Below, piece after piece: positions 35,977-46,950 of a stretch of DNA of 64,000 nt. The translations under genes were made by a program, and so were the position numbers. A model generated the notes under the pieces. It was not told where the DNA came from and made no database searches. It saw only the letters and a list, made by a program, of their open reading frames with translations. The first letter of the stretch is position 1. The number at the start of each line of letters is the position of its first letter. The stretch comes from Pseudomonadota bacterium (lineage in GTDB: Bacteria > Desulfobacterota > Desulfobulbia > Desulfobulbales > JAGXFP01). The stretch covers positions 23,556-87,555 of the forward strand of contig JAHJIQ010000014.1 in NCBI GenBank assembly GCA_018823285.1, given 5' to 3'.

Positions 35977-37689
35977 ATGAAGAAAAATCTGCTGTACATC
36001 ATGGTGCTGTCCCTGCTCTGTTCGGCCTGTTCCGGGGCGAATGTTTCCCGGTCGGTCACCCTGACCGAGGGGCTTGATCCTTCCGTCGAAACCGTCGACC
36101 AGGATTGTTCCTATTTTTATTTCATGTGGGGGCGGACCGCCGAACTGGAGGAAAAGTTCGAGGAAGCAAGAGAGGCGTACGAAAAAGCGCTGGTGTGCGA
36201 CATGCATGCGACCCATATCATGAAGCGTCTTGCCGTGCTATTGATCAACATGGACAAGAAGCGTGAAGCCGCCGCCTGGATGAGCAGGATGATCGCCGAA
36301 GACCCCGATGATGTCTCGTCATATACGCTCCTGGCCAATCTCTATATCAATATGGAGCGTTTTGACAAGGCGGAAAGCACTTACCGCGAAGTGCTGGCCA
36401 GGGACCCGAAAGATTTCAACACCATGCTGATGATGGGGTCTCTCTATTCCAGGCAGGGCAAATTCGGTGAGGCCAGAGAGGTCCTTGAGAACCTGGTCAA
36501 GGTCAATCCCGAATCATTCATCGGCTTTCATTATCTGGCCAAGATCTACATGGAAATGAAAGAGTATGACAAGGCCCGGAAGGCCTTTGACAAGGCCCTT
36601 GAACTCAACTGGTCGCCGTATCTTGCCATCGAGGCGGCATATTTTCTTGAAAAGGATGGGCTTGATAAAGATGCCGCCGCGATCTACCGCCGGGTAATTG
36701 CTGACGACGAAGGCAACGAAAGGGTCCGCAGTCAGCTGATCTCCCTGCTCCTGAAAATGGACAAGATTGAAGAGGCGATTGCCGAACTTAAGGCATTGCG
36801 TCCTTTCGCAACCGATGTGCTCAAAATTGATCTGAACATCGGCAGACTCCTGATCGACCGGAAACGTTATGACGAAGCCATTGATCTGCTTCAGGAAGCC
36901 CTTGAGGCCGATCCCCAGTTCTACGAGGCGAGAACCCTGATCGCCCTCGCCTATCATGAAAAGGGTGACACTGAAAAGGCCATCGAGAACCTCACCGACA
37001 TTGAAGCCGAGGCCGACAATTATGAAGAAACCACCCTGTTCCTGGCCAAGGTCCTGGCCCGGGAGAAAAAGTATGACGCAGCCATTGCTCTTTTGAAGGA
37101 GCGGGTGGCGGATGAAAAAGGGCGTTATAAAAGCTTTTATGTGAGCATGGCCTCTCTTTACCGGCAGCAGAAGAATTATGCCGAAGCGGAAAAAACCTTT
37201 CAGGTGGTCATGCGTCTCTATCCGGATGATCCCGATCTCTTTTTTGAGTATGGGCTCTATCTTGACGGCCGGGGGCAGACCGACAAGGCGCTGGAGTATA
37301 TGGAGAAAGTTCTCGCCCTCAAGGAGGATGATCCGTACGCCCTGAATTATATCGGTTACACCTGGGCCGAGCAGGGAAAAAATCTCGACAAATCTCTGGA
37401 GTACCTGACGAGGGCCGTGAAACAGAAGCCGGATGACGGTTTCATCAAGGACAGCCTTGGCTGGGTCTTGTTCAGAATGGGCAGGCTGGATGAGGCGGTG
37501 AGCGAGATTGAGAAAGCCCTCGAGATCGAACCCGACGATCCGACCATCAACGAGCACCTGGGTGATGTCTATTACCGGGCCGGCAAGGCCGGCAAGGCTC
37601 TCAAGGCCTGGGAGAAGGCTCTCTCCCTGCACAGCGACGGTGACAAGAAGGAAAAGGTCCGGAAAAAGATAGAGGACGCCCGCAAGTGA
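35977..37689 (+). CDS. TPR-repeat lipoprotein
   Basis: Signal peptide plus lipobox (LLCSACSG). At least 10 recognisable TPR units (e.g. YTLLANLYINMERFDKAESTYREVLARDPKD, INEHLGDVYYRAGKAGKALKAWEKAL). Confidence 0.8.
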   Translation: MKKNLLYIMVLSLLCSACSGANVSRSVTLTEGLDPSVETVDQDCSYFYFMWGRTAELEEKFEEAREAYEKALVCDMHATHIMKRLAVLLINMDKKREAAAWMSRMIAEDPDDVSSYTLLANLYINMERFDKAESTYREVLARDPKDFNTMLMMGSLYSRQGKFGEAREVLENLVKVNPESFIGFHYLAKIYMEMKEYDKARKAFDKALELNWSPYLAIEAAYFLEKDGLDKDAAAIYRRVIADDEGNERVRSQLISLLLKMDKIEEAIAELKALRPFATDVLKIDLNIGRLLIDRKRYDEAIDLLQEALEADPQFYEARTLIALAYHEKGDTEKAIENLTDIEAEADNYEETTLFLAKVLAREKKYDAAIALLKERVADEKGRYKSFYVSMASLYRQQKNYAEAEKTFQVVMRLYPDDPDLFFEYGLYLDGRGQTDKALEYMEKVLALKEDDPYALNYIGYTWAEQGKNLDKSLEYLTRAVKQKPDDGFIKDSLGWVLFRMGRLDEAVSEIEKALEIEPDDPTINEHLGDVYYRAGKAGKALKAWEKALSLHSDGDKKEKVRKKIEDARK

Positions 37690-38477
37690 CCATTTTCAGA
37701 ATTCTTTGTCTCTGTCTTCTCTTTCTGATCACGGGTTGCGCGGTGAATACGCAGATGGTAGAGCTTCCCGGCCACATGGAAGCCGTGGTCAGGGATTCGT
37801 TCAGAGAGACGGCCACCTCCCAGAAGGCTTGCAGCCCATGGGTTGACGCCGATGTGAACGTCTCTCTGGAGGCAACATTCTTTTCCGGCGCCTTTGACGG
37901 GTATCTGCAGGCCATGACCCCTGCCTATCTCAAGTTTGTAGGAACCAATCCATTCGGTCAGCCGCTTCTTGCGCTGGTTTCTGATGGCAAGCGTTTCCAG
38001 TATCTCTCTTTTTCCGAACAGAAATTTTATGAGGGTGATGTCGCCGCGAAGGCATTCTCCAGATTTACCCCGCCCGGTTTTGACCCGGTTGATGGCTTTT
38101 ACTGGTTTATCGGCAGGTTGGGCCCCGGAGAAGTAAATGTTGTTGACGCGGGAGGAGATGTTCTGGACAGGGGGCGATGGGTGGAACTGCTGGATAAGCA
38201 AAAAGGTAGAAGGAGCCGGATACTTTTTGATCCGGAGCGAAAAATCATTCTCGACCATGTTCTCCTGGACAGTATCGGTGGAATAGCAATGCAGGTCGAA
38301 TATCGGGACCACCAGCCTGGAAAGTGCGGTCTGCCCGGAACCATAACGATCACCGGTGAGGAGCAGCGAGGCAGGCTGGTTCTGAGGTTGAGTGACTGGA
38401 AGGGGGAAACCCCGTTTGCAGAAACTGATTTCAAGCTCGAGATCCCCGCCGGTTTCAGGAGAGTGGCGATCCAATGA
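37686..38477 (+). CDS. Putative outer-membrane lipoprotein (LolB/DUF4292-like)
   Basis: Lipobox LFLITGCAV. Start overlaps the TPR gene stop. The family call comes from size and context only. Confidence 0.5.
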   Translation: MTIFRILCLCLLFLITGCAVNTQMVELPGHMEAVVRDSFRETATSQKACSPWVDADVNVSLEATFFSGAFDGYLQAMTPAYLKFVGTNPFGQPLLALVSDGKRFQYLSFSEQKFYEGDVAAKAFSRFTPPGFDPVDGFYWFIGRLGPGEVNVVDAGGDVLDRGRWVELLDKQKGRRSRILFDPERKIILDHVLLDSIGGIAMQVEYRDHQPGKCGLPGTITITGEEQRGRLVLRLSDWKGETPFAETDFKLEIPAGFRRVAIQ

Positions 38478-41023
38478 ACGAAGTGAACGAAAGCCGCGAC
38501 CGCAACTCACTCCCTACCCCTGTAGATCTTGATTCGATCCTGCCGTTTGTTTCCAGACCGAATCGTTACACCGGCAATGAGTTCAACCGGACGGCCAAGG
38601 ACTGGAGCAAGGTCTCCCTCCGCTGGGCCCTGCTTTTTCCGGATCTGTATGAGATCGGCATGTCCCATCAGGGGGTGCAGATACTTTATCATCTCATCAA
38701 CTCCCGGCCCGACATGCTCGCCGAACGGGCCTACGCCCCGGCCCGCGATCTTGAAGATCTCCTGAGGAGCCAGGGCCGCAAACTCTTCTCCCTGGAGTCC
38801 CACATCCCGCTTTCGGAGTTTGATCTGCTGGGGATCACTCTGCCGTATGAACTCTGCTACACCAATATCCTGACTATCCTTTCTTTGGCCGGATTGCCAT
38901 TCAGGAGCCGGGACCGGATTGAGGGCCAACCGCTGGTCATCGGCGGCGGTCCCTGCGGGTTTCATCCCGAACCGGTTGCGGATTTCTTCGATGCCATTCT
39001 TCTTGGCGATGGGGAGGAGGCGGTTTTCGAGATATCCGAAGCGGTGCTGGCAGGGAAAAGAAAGGGCCTTTCCCGGGAGGAGGTTCTTGAGCTGCTGGCC
39101 GGGATCAATGGTGTGTATGTTCCCTCGCGCTATGTGCCGCTCTATGATGCGGCGGGGCGGTTTTCCGGGATGTCTCCTTCGGCTGAGACCGCTCCGGTCA
39201 GGCGGCGGGTGCTTGCCGATCTTGAAGGGACGCCGTCCTTTCCCCCGCTGGTTCCCCACACCAGAATCGTGCATGACCGGCTCGGGGTCGAGATTGCCCG
39301 GGGCTGCACCAGGGGATGCCGCTTCTGCCAGGCCGGGATTATCTACCGGCCGGTCAGGGAAAGAAGTCCGGAAAAGATTCTCCAGCTGGCCGAGCAGGGG
39401 ATCAATGCTTCCGGTTTTGATGAGGTCGCCTTGCTGTCCCTCAGTACCGGCGATTATTCCTGTATCGCCGATCTTCTGGTCCGGATCATGGACCGGATGA
39501 GCGACCGCAAGGTGTCGGTTTCCATGCCATCGATGCGGGTCGGGACTTTGATCCCTGAGATGATGGAGCAGATCCGGCGGGTCAGGAAGACCGGCTTTAC
39601 CCTTGCCCCGGAAGCCGGAACCGATCGCTTGCGGCAGGTGATCAACAAGGGAATCACTGAACAGGATCTTCTGGAGGCGAGCCGGGCGGCGTTCGGCCTT
39701 GGCTGGAAGCTTCTGAAATTTTATTTCATGTTCGGTCTGCCCACCGAAACGGATGAGGATCTCTCTGCGATCCCGCAACTGGTCCAGAAGGCCCTCTCGA
39801 CATCAGGCGGCGGGGGGCGGAAAATAAATGTCAGTGTGGCAACCTTTGTCCCGAAACCTCACACTCCGTTCCAGCGGGTCAGACAGCTGAGCGTCGAAGA
39901 GGGTTTTGCGCGGATTGACACCCTGAAGAGAATTCTGCCCCGGGGCAGAGGGTTTCAGCTCAAGTGGCATGATCCCCGGCAGAGCTATGTTGAAGGCATC
40001 ATGTCCAGAGGAGACCGGAAACTCTCTGCCGTCATCGAAAAAGCGTGGCAGCTAGGCGCACGCCTTGACGCCTGGACCGATCATTTTCACCTTGAAACCT
40101 GGCTTGCGGCGGCTGCCGCATGCGGGGTTGATCCGGATCGTTATCTGCAGGAAATTCCCCCGGAGGCCCCTTTGCCGTGGGACCATCTTGACTGTGGAGT
40201 GGATCGGGAGTTTCTGGAAGAAGAGTTGAAGAAAGCGGTGGCGGGTGAGTACACTCCCGACTGTCGGGTACACGGCTGTCAGAAGTGTGGACTCTGTGAT
40301 TTTAAAAAGGTGAAACCGATTGTCGCCAAAGCCTTAGCTCTCCAACCGGCAACCCAGGGTGAAGCGAGGAAGGGTGCTGCAGTAGCTGCCGGAGGACGAT
40401 TCGTTTACCGGATTCAATACAGTCGGACGGGGCCGGCCAGATTTTTCGGCCATCTTGAGCTCATCCAGATGTTTTACCGGGTGCTGCAGCGGGTGAAACT
40501 GCCGCTGAACTTCTCCCAGGGTTTCAATCCATCACCGAAGATCGCTTTCAGCCCGGCTTTGCCTCTCGGCACTGAAAGTTTCGCTGAGTATCTGCAGATT
40601 GAACTTGCCGAACCTCTCCTGGATGAAGCGATGGTGCTGGCCGACCTGAACAGACAATTGCCGGAAGGGTTTTTCGCCACGTCTCTTGCTCCGCATTCAG
40701 GAAAAGTTGAGCAGCGGATAGTAACCTGCTATCATATTCTACCGAGCCGCCGGATAAGCGGAGACCTGATTGATTCCATAAAGAGCCGGGAAAAAATCGA
40801 GATCAGGGTTCTGCGCAAAGGCCGGGAAAGGGTTGTTGATGCAGCACCTCTGCTGAAGGGGCTCACTCTTCTGGACGATGGTCGGATTGAGCTTGTCATG
40901 CTGACTGAAACGAGTAAGGCGACCCTGAAACCCATGGAAATAATGGAAGAGCTCTTCGCCCTTGATCCAGCCGAAACCACTCGAGCCAAAGTGGTCAAAG
41001 TCAGCGCGATTGCTGATGATTGA
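38474..41023 (+). CDS. Radical SAM protein fused to a DUF2344-type C-terminal domain (TIGR03960+TIGR03936-like)
   Basis: 849 aa. CTRGCRFCQAG (the CX3CX2C cluster motif). The N-terminal LLFPDLYEIGMSHQGVQILYHLIN block is typical of this uncharacterised rSAM family. C-terminal third reads RIQYSRTGPARFFGHLELIQMF (DUF2344-like). Confidence 0.8.
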   Translation: MNEVNESRDRNSLPTPVDLDSILPFVSRPNRYTGNEFNRTAKDWSKVSLRWALLFPDLYEIGMSHQGVQILYHLINSRPDMLAERAYAPARDLEDLLRSQGRKLFSLESHIPLSEFDLLGITLPYELCYTNILTILSLAGLPFRSRDRIEGQPLVIGGGPCGFHPEPVADFFDAILLGDGEEAVFEISEAVLAGKRKGLSREEVLELLAGINGVYVPSRYVPLYDAAGRFSGMSPSAETAPVRRRVLADLEGTPSFPPLVPHTRIVHDRLGVEIARGCTRGCRFCQAGIIYRPVRERSPEKILQLAEQGINASGFDEVALLSLSTGDYSCIADLLVRIMDRMSDRKVSVSMPSMRVGTLIPEMMEQIRRVRKTGFTLAPEAGTDRLRQVINKGITEQDLLEASRAAFGLGWKLLKFYFMFGLPTETDEDLSAIPQLVQKALSTSGGGGRKINVSVATFVPKPHTPFQRVRQLSVEEGFARIDTLKRILPRGRGFQLKWHDPRQSYVEGIMSRGDRKLSAVIEKAWQLGARLDAWTDHFHLETWLAAAAACGVDPDRYLQEIPPEAPLPWDHLDCGVDREFLEEELKKAVAGEYTPDCRVHGCQKCGLCDFKKVKPIVAKALALQPATQGEARKGAAVAAGGRFVYRIQYSRTGPARFFGHLELIQMFYRVLQRVKLPLNFSQGFNPSPKIAFSPALPLGTESFAEYLQIELAEPLLDEAMVLADLNRQLPEGFFATSLAPHSGKVEQRIVTCYHILPSRRISGDLIDSIKSREKIEIRVLRKGRERVVDAAPLLKGLTLLDDGRIELVMLTETSKATLKPMEIMEELFALDPAETTRAKVVKVSAIADD

Positions 41024-41096
41024 GGGTGTTTGGCAGCTGTTGCAACGAATATCAATATCCGTTCGTGTTGACGACCGGGTCAGATTTTTCAATTTT

Positions 41097-41151
41097 TGCA
41101 CCCTTTGGGTATAAGTTTCGTATGAGCAGGCGAGCTGCTCAACTTAAGCTT
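41097..41151. repeat. Copy of the 55-bp hairpin repeat (inverted orientation)
   Basis: TGCACCCTTTGGGTATAAGTTTCGTATGAGCAGGCGAGCTGCTCAACTTAAGCTT is the reverse complement of the 29.5-kb unit, with about 6 substitutions. Confidence 0.75.
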
Positions 41152-41173
41152 TATTTTTCTGCGGTAGAGGGGG

Positions 41174-42718
41174 ATGTTCATGGCCACGGATCTGATCGTA
41201 AATGCCACCTCGTTCGAGATCAGGATTGCCCTTGTTGAATACGGCAATCTGGTGGAGTTTTACCTGGAACGGCCGGCCGAAAAAGGGCTGGTCAGCAATA
41301 TTTACAAGGGAAGGGTCAAGCGGGTTCTGCCCGGAATGCAGGCGGCATTTGTCGATATCGGGCTTGAACGGACCGGCTTTCTCTATGTGGACGACGTGAC
41401 CGCCCAGCGAAACGGTGACGGCCGGGTTCTCCCCTGTGAAGAAGATGAGGTCGGAGGCTGCTGCGGGGGAAACGGCCATGAGCTTCTTCCGGAGCTTGCC
41501 GGTGAGGCGGGTCTGCATATTGAAGACCTGCTGACCGAGGGGCAGGAGATCCTGGTCCAGATCTGCAAGGATCCCATCGGAACCAAGGGGGCCAGGCTGA
41601 CCTGCAATATCACTCTTCCCTGCAGAAATGTGGTCTTCATGCCGATGACCGACCATATCGGTATTTCCCGGAAAATCGAAGATGAAGAGACCAGGCAGCA
41701 CCTGAAAGATATTATTGAGGAGTTGCGTCCGGCCGGAACCGGCTTCATTGTCCGGACCGTCGGTGAGGAGGCCTCGCGGGAGGAGATTGAGGCGGATATG
41801 GAATTTCTCCTCCATCTCTGGGATGAAGTCCGGGACAGCGCAACCAGGTCTCCCGTGCCGGGACTGGTCTATGAGGACCTTGATATCACCCTGCGGACCG
41901 TGCGAGATATTTTTTCCCCGGAGGTTGATCGGCTGATCGTCGATGACTGGCAGGTTCACCGGAGGATCGTGAAATTTGTCGAAACCTTTGCCCCGCATCT
42001 CATGGACCGGATCAACCTCTATCAGGAGAAAGCGCCAATTTTCGACAGCTACGGCATCGAAATGGACATCAACCGGGCCCTCGACAAGAAGATCTGGCTG
42101 CGGTGCGGAGGCTATATCATCATCGATACCACCGAGGCGCTGACGGTTGTCGATGTCAATACCGGCAGATTCGTCGGCAAGAACGATCTTGAGGAAACGA
42201 TCTTCAAAACCAACATCGAGGCCCTGAAGGAGATCGCCTATCAGCTTCGTCTCCGCAACATCGGCGGGATCATCATCATCGACTTCATCGATATGGAGGA
42301 GGAGGCACATCGGGAAGAACTCTTTCGCGCCCTCAAGGAAGCGGTGAAAAAAGACCGGAGCAGGGTTAATATTCTCAAGGTTTCGGAGTTCGGTCTGGTT
42401 CAGATGACCAGAAAGCGCAGTTCTGAAGATCTTTCCAGGGTTCTCTGTGAGCCCTGTCATTACTGTCAGGGTGACGGGATCCTGAAATCCAGACGGACCA
42501 TCTGCTACGAAGTGCTGCGGAACATCACCGTCAACGCCGTCAAGATGAGCGGGGAAAATGTTGAAGTGCGCGTCAACCCGCAAGTTGCAACGATGATGCT
42601 CCAGGAAGAGTCTACGACCATCCATGAGATTGAAGACCAGACCGGAAAACGGATTACGGTGGTGCCGGACCAGGCGCAACACATTGAAAAGTATGAGATC
42701 GTCTGGGAGAAGGGGTAG
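41174..42718 (+). CDS. rng: Ribonuclease G/E family endoribonuclease
   Basis: S1 domain (NIYKGRVKRVLPGMQAAFVDIGLERTGFLYV) and the catalytic DNase-I-like region (GGYIIIDTTEALTVVDVNTGRF, GGIIIIDFIDM). 514 aa, consistent with Rng/CafA size. Confidence 0.9.
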   Translation: MFMATDLIVNATSFEIRIALVEYGNLVEFYLERPAEKGLVSNIYKGRVKRVLPGMQAAFVDIGLERTGFLYVDDVTAQRNGDGRVLPCEEDEVGGCCGGNGHELLPELAGEAGLHIEDLLTEGQEILVQICKDPIGTKGARLTCNITLPCRNVVFMPMTDHIGISRKIEDEETRQHLKDIIEELRPAGTGFIVRTVGEEASREEIEADMEFLLHLWDEVRDSATRSPVPGLVYEDLDITLRTVRDIFSPEVDRLIVDDWQVHRRIVKFVETFAPHLMDRINLYQEKAPIFDSYGIEMDINRALDKKIWLRCGGYIIIDTTEALTVVDVNTGRFVGKNDLEETIFKTNIEALKEIAYQLRLRNIGGIIIIDFIDMEEEAHREELFRALKEAVKKDRSRVNILKVSEFGLVQMTRKRSSEDLSRVLCEPCHYCQGDGILKSRRTICYEVLRNITVNAVKMSGENVEVRVNPQVATMMLQEESTTIHEIEDQTGKRITVVPDQAQHIEKYEIVWEKG

Positions 42719-42726
42719 GTTTTTTT

Positions 42727-42772
42727 AGTTAAGAGTTAAGAGTTAAGAGTTAAGAGTTAAGAGTTAAGAGTT
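42727..42772. repeat. Heptanucleotide microsatellite (AGTTAAG)x6.5
   Basis: Six perfect contiguous AGTTAAG units (42727-42768) plus AGTT. It is intergenic, 9 nt after the rng stop. Confidence 0.95.
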
Positions 42773-42789
42773 GGGAACGCTTTATTTTC

Positions 42790-43677
42790 ATGGCCTCTTT
42801 CAAGGCTCGCCTGTGTGGGCTTGTCGGTTCCAGTGGAATAAATCTGAATTTCGTATCACGTTGTTGCTTACTCGGAGGGGTTAAGGATTTGCAGCCGAAT
42901 ATTGATCAGATCCTCGCCTACGAGATTAAAAAGGAGATCGCGGACCGTTATTTCGGTTTCCGCAAGCTCATCGAGGATGACAAGCAGAGTCTTGAAGAGA
43001 AGGTGCGGCAGTATTCCTTTATTCTCGAAAAGAGGATCGTCTTTGATCTGTTGCGGATATATACAATGCTCGCCGATGATGTTCTGATTATGGATTTTCT
43101 GGAGATCGTCGGTCTGGACAGTGAGTATTTTTATGCGCCGGCGCTGCATGGCTCAGAGCTCGTGAACCGGCGGGTATTTGAAGGCGTGCGGTTCAGAGGG
43201 TTTTCAAGAAAGGCAGGTTTTTTCAATCTGCTGATGGATTGCTATGAACGTCTGACAGCGCATTCGGAGATGTACCGGCATAAGTTTGCCGAGCTGATGG
43301 AGATGCGCACCCTTATTGCTGACGAAATCAGGCAGTTCTATCGGCAGAATGACCTCGGAACCATCTTGGGGTTTCTTCATTCCCTGGGGAATCGTGAACG
43401 TTGCAGAGGGATGGACGGCGGAATGGAGATCGGGCTGGTAACCGAACTTGAAAAGAAGATGGCGGTAACGCCTCCTCTGCCTATAGAACAATACCTGCCG
43501 GTGGTCCCCCCCCTGCCGCTTCTTGCAGAGATCAGAGCCCCCTTGAAGAAACTCGCCGGCAGGGCCTGGAAGCAGTCTGGTGGAGATCATATCCCGGGGT
43601 TTTCAGAATACCGGCCGTTGCTCAGCCGCCTGTTTGTCGGAAGCCGAACGGGCAGGCGCAGTGAAGACAGAAAATGA
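42790..43677 (+). CDS. Hypothetical protein (helical), start uncertain
   Basis: 295-aa ORF. The in-frame TTG at 42889 has a much better RBS (GGAGGGG at 42874-42880) than the ATG at 42790. No recognisable domain. Confidence 0.55.
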   Translation: MASFKARLCGLVGSSGINLNFVSRCCLLGGVKDLQPNIDQILAYEIKKEIADRYFGFRKLIEDDKQSLEEKVRQYSFILEKRIVFDLLRIYTMLADDVLIMDFLEIVGLDSEYFYAPALHGSELVNRRVFEGVRFRGFSRKAGFFNLLMDCYERLTAHSEMYRHKFAELMEMRTLIADEIRQFYRQNDLGTILGFLHSLGNRERCRGMDGGMEIGLVTELEKKMAVTPPLPIEQYLPVVPPLPLLAEIRAPLKKLAGRAWKQSGGDHIPGFSEYRPLLSRLFVGSRTGRRSEDRK

Positions 43678-43767
43678 TAATTCCGGGATGAAGAATTGAA
43701 AATGGATAGGGTTGTTCACCAAACATCGCGCTTTCTTTGAAACCGATAGAATTCGATGCTTTAATAG

Positions 43768-43796
43768 TTGACAAACCGGCGCATTCTGTTATTAAT
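43768..43796 (+). promoter_or_regulatory. Candidate sigma-70 promoter for rplU-rpmA
   Basis: TTGACA (43768-43773), a 16/17-nt spacer, then TATTAAT (43790-43796). It lies about 120 nt upstream of rplU. Confidence 0.4.
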
Positions 43797-43916
43797 CTCT
43801 GTTTCACATCGACTGGCCGGTGATTTCCGGCGGCCGACGTTTGAACAGTTGCTGATGGAAACGGTGCAAGACCGTCAAGTATAGGATTTCAAGACCATTT
43901 TTTGTTGGAGGATGTT

Positions 43917-44228
43917 ATGTACGCTATTATTCGTACCGGTGGTAAACAGTATCAGGTTGCCCAGGGAGATCAGCTCAGGGTGGAGAAACTGACCGGTAAC
44001 GTCGGTGATAAGGTTCAGATTGAAGATGTGCTGCTGGTAACCGATGGAGACAATGTCAAGATCGGTCAGCCGGTGGTCGACGGCGCCAGGGTCTCTGCGG
44101 TGATTGTCGAGCAGGGCAAGGCCAAAAAAGTGCTTGTCTTCAAGAAGAAGAAACGGAAGGGCTACAAGGTCAGAAATGGGCACCGTCAGCAGTATACCGC
44201 TCTGCGTATTGAAGGAATTGAAGCCTGA
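43917..44228 (+). CDS. rplU: 50S ribosomal protein L21
   Basis: The ATG at 43917 after GGAGG gives MYAIIRTGGKQYQVAQGD. Confidence 0.95.
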   Translation: MYAIIRTGGKQYQVAQGDQLRVEKLTGNVGDKVQIEDVLLVTDGDNVKIGQPVVDGARVSAVIVEQGKAKKVLVFKKKKRKGYKVRNGHRQQYTALRIEGIEA

Positions 44229-44263
44229 TTAAAAATTCAGCCTGATTAATTAGAGGTAAAGAT

Positions 44264-44527
44264 ATGGCCCATAAAAAGGCAGGCGGCAGTTCCAAGAACG
44301 GTCGCGACAGCAACGCGCAAAGGCGCGGAGTGAAAATATTCGGCGGTCAGACAGTTCGGGCCGGCAACATTCTGGTTCGTCAGCTGGGCACGGTGATCCA
44401 TCCCGGCACCAATGTCGGTCTCGGCAGGGATTACACACTGTTCGCCATGGTTGACGGCGTGGTCAAATACGAAGACTTCGGACGTAGCCGCAAGCGGGTC
44501 AGTGTCTATCCGGCAGAAACAGCCTGA
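44264..44527 (+). CDS. rpmA: 50S ribosomal protein L27
   Basis: [24 protein letters not shown]. Confidence 0.97.
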   Translation: MAHKKAGGSSKNGRDSNAQRRGVKIFGGQTVRAGNILVRQLGTVIHPGTNVGLGRDYTLFAMVDGVVKYEDFGRSRKRVSVYPAETA

Positions 44528-44582
44528 CAACAACTCCGGACAGCGGTGTACCGCCTGGTAATGCCCTGTCCGGGATTTATAA

Positions 44583-45587
<1,005 letters not shown>

Positions 45588-45750
45588 TCCGGCCTGTTGT
45601 TAAGTTCCTCCTCCAACTGGGCAGCCGGCGCCAGTGTTGTCTAACCCATCGCTGTTTACAAACCGCTGCGCGAATCAACAGGTCATCAGGTGCACAATTT
45701 TTTTCTGTGTCGCCCGGCAATACTTTCTGGCAGTTTCTTAAGGGGAAAAA

Positions 45751-46905
45751 ATGACTTTTCAAATGCCCTTTGATGAAGGAATGAAATCACGTAAGGCATG
45801 TCTGGACAGGGCTCGCAGGGTTGTGGTCAAGGTGGGAAGCGCGATCCTGACCAGTGAGTCCGGACTTGCTACCGAAGTGATGGACCATCTCGCCCGTCAG
45901 CTGACCACCCTCCGCAAAAAAGGGCTGGAGGTCATTCTAGTCAGTTCCGGAGCGGTTGCCGCCGGTCGCCGCAAGCTCGGACTGACCAGGAAAAACATCA
46001 GCATCAAGGAAAAACAGGCAGTCGCAGCTGCGGGGCAGAGCAGCCTGATGCGCGGATATGAAGATATTTTTGACCGCTATTCCCAGAAGGTTGCCCAGGT
46101 ACTCCTGACCAGGGATGACCTTTCCAGCCGTAATCGGTATCTGAATGTCCGGAATACCATTCTGACGCTCTTGGAATGGGGGTTGATTCCGATTATTAAT
46201 GAAAATGACACCGTTTCGGTGGAAGAGCTGCGATTCGGAGATAACGATACCCTCGGTGGGATGATATCAAACCTGATTGAGGCGGAACTTTTCATCTGCC
46301 TGACCGATGTCGCCGGCTTGTATACCGCCAATCCAGCGAGTGACAGCCTTGCCGAGAAGGTATGTACGGTTGCCAAGGTGACTCGGGCGGTTGAAGAGAT
46401 GGCCGGCAATGTGAAAAGCGCTCTCGGCACCGGCGGCATGACCAGCAAGATCAACGCCGCGCGAATGGTTGCGGCCAGCGGCGGGGCCTCCTTTATCGGC
46501 CCCGGCCGGCAATCTGATATTATTGACCAGCTTTTTGCCGGGGAGCCGGTGGGTACTTTTTTTCTGCCCAACGTGGAAAAACTGCAGAGACGTAAACACT
46601 GGATTGCCTACACTCTCAAAGCACAGGGTGAGCTGGTGCTTGACGAGGGGGCGTGCAGGGCCGTGATCAGCGGCGGCAGGAGTTTGCTCCCGATCGGCAT
46701 TAAGGAGGTCCGGGGGCGTTTCGGGGTCGGGGCGCCGGTGAATTGTCTCGATGAATCAGGCCGGCTGATTGCTTCCGGTCTGGTCAGTTACCCGGCCTCG
46801 GCCATTGAAACAATTAAAGGTCAAAAGACTTCCCGGATCGAAGAGCTGCTTGGCTTTATCGATGGTGAGGAGGTTATCCACCGTGACAATCTGGTTGTCC
46901 TCTGA
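45751..46905 (+). CDS. proB: Glutamate 5-kinase (with PUA domain)
   Basis: RVVVKVGSAILT, VSSGAVAAG, NENDTV and a C-terminal PUA (LLPIGIKEVRGRF). Confidence 0.93.
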   Translation: MTFQMPFDEGMKSRKACLDRARRVVVKVGSAILTSESGLATEVMDHLARQLTTLRKKGLEVILVSSGAVAAGRRKLGLTRKNISIKEKQAVAAAGQSSLMRGYEDIFDRYSQKVAQVLLTRDDLSSRNRYLNVRNTILTLLEWGLIPIINENDTVSVEELRFGDNDTLGGMISNLIEAELFICLTDVAGLYTANPASDSLAEKVCTVAKVTRAVEEMAGNVKSALGTGGMTSKINAARMVAASGGASFIGPGRQSDIIDQLFAGEPVGTFFLPNVEKLQRRKHWIAYTLKAQGELVLDEGACRAVISGGRSLLPIGIKEVRGRFGVGAPVNCLDESGRLIASGLVSYPASAIETIKGQKTSRIEELLGFIDGEEVIHRDNLVVL

Positions 46906-46950
46906 AGGTGAGGGCGGGAAATAGAGCAGACACCAAGTGATCAGGAGAAG

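Noticed and set aside
41144-42682. 512-aa ORF antisense to rng
   Set aside because: A shadow ORF. The + strand has S1 and RNase E/G catalytic motifs, and the antisense product has none.
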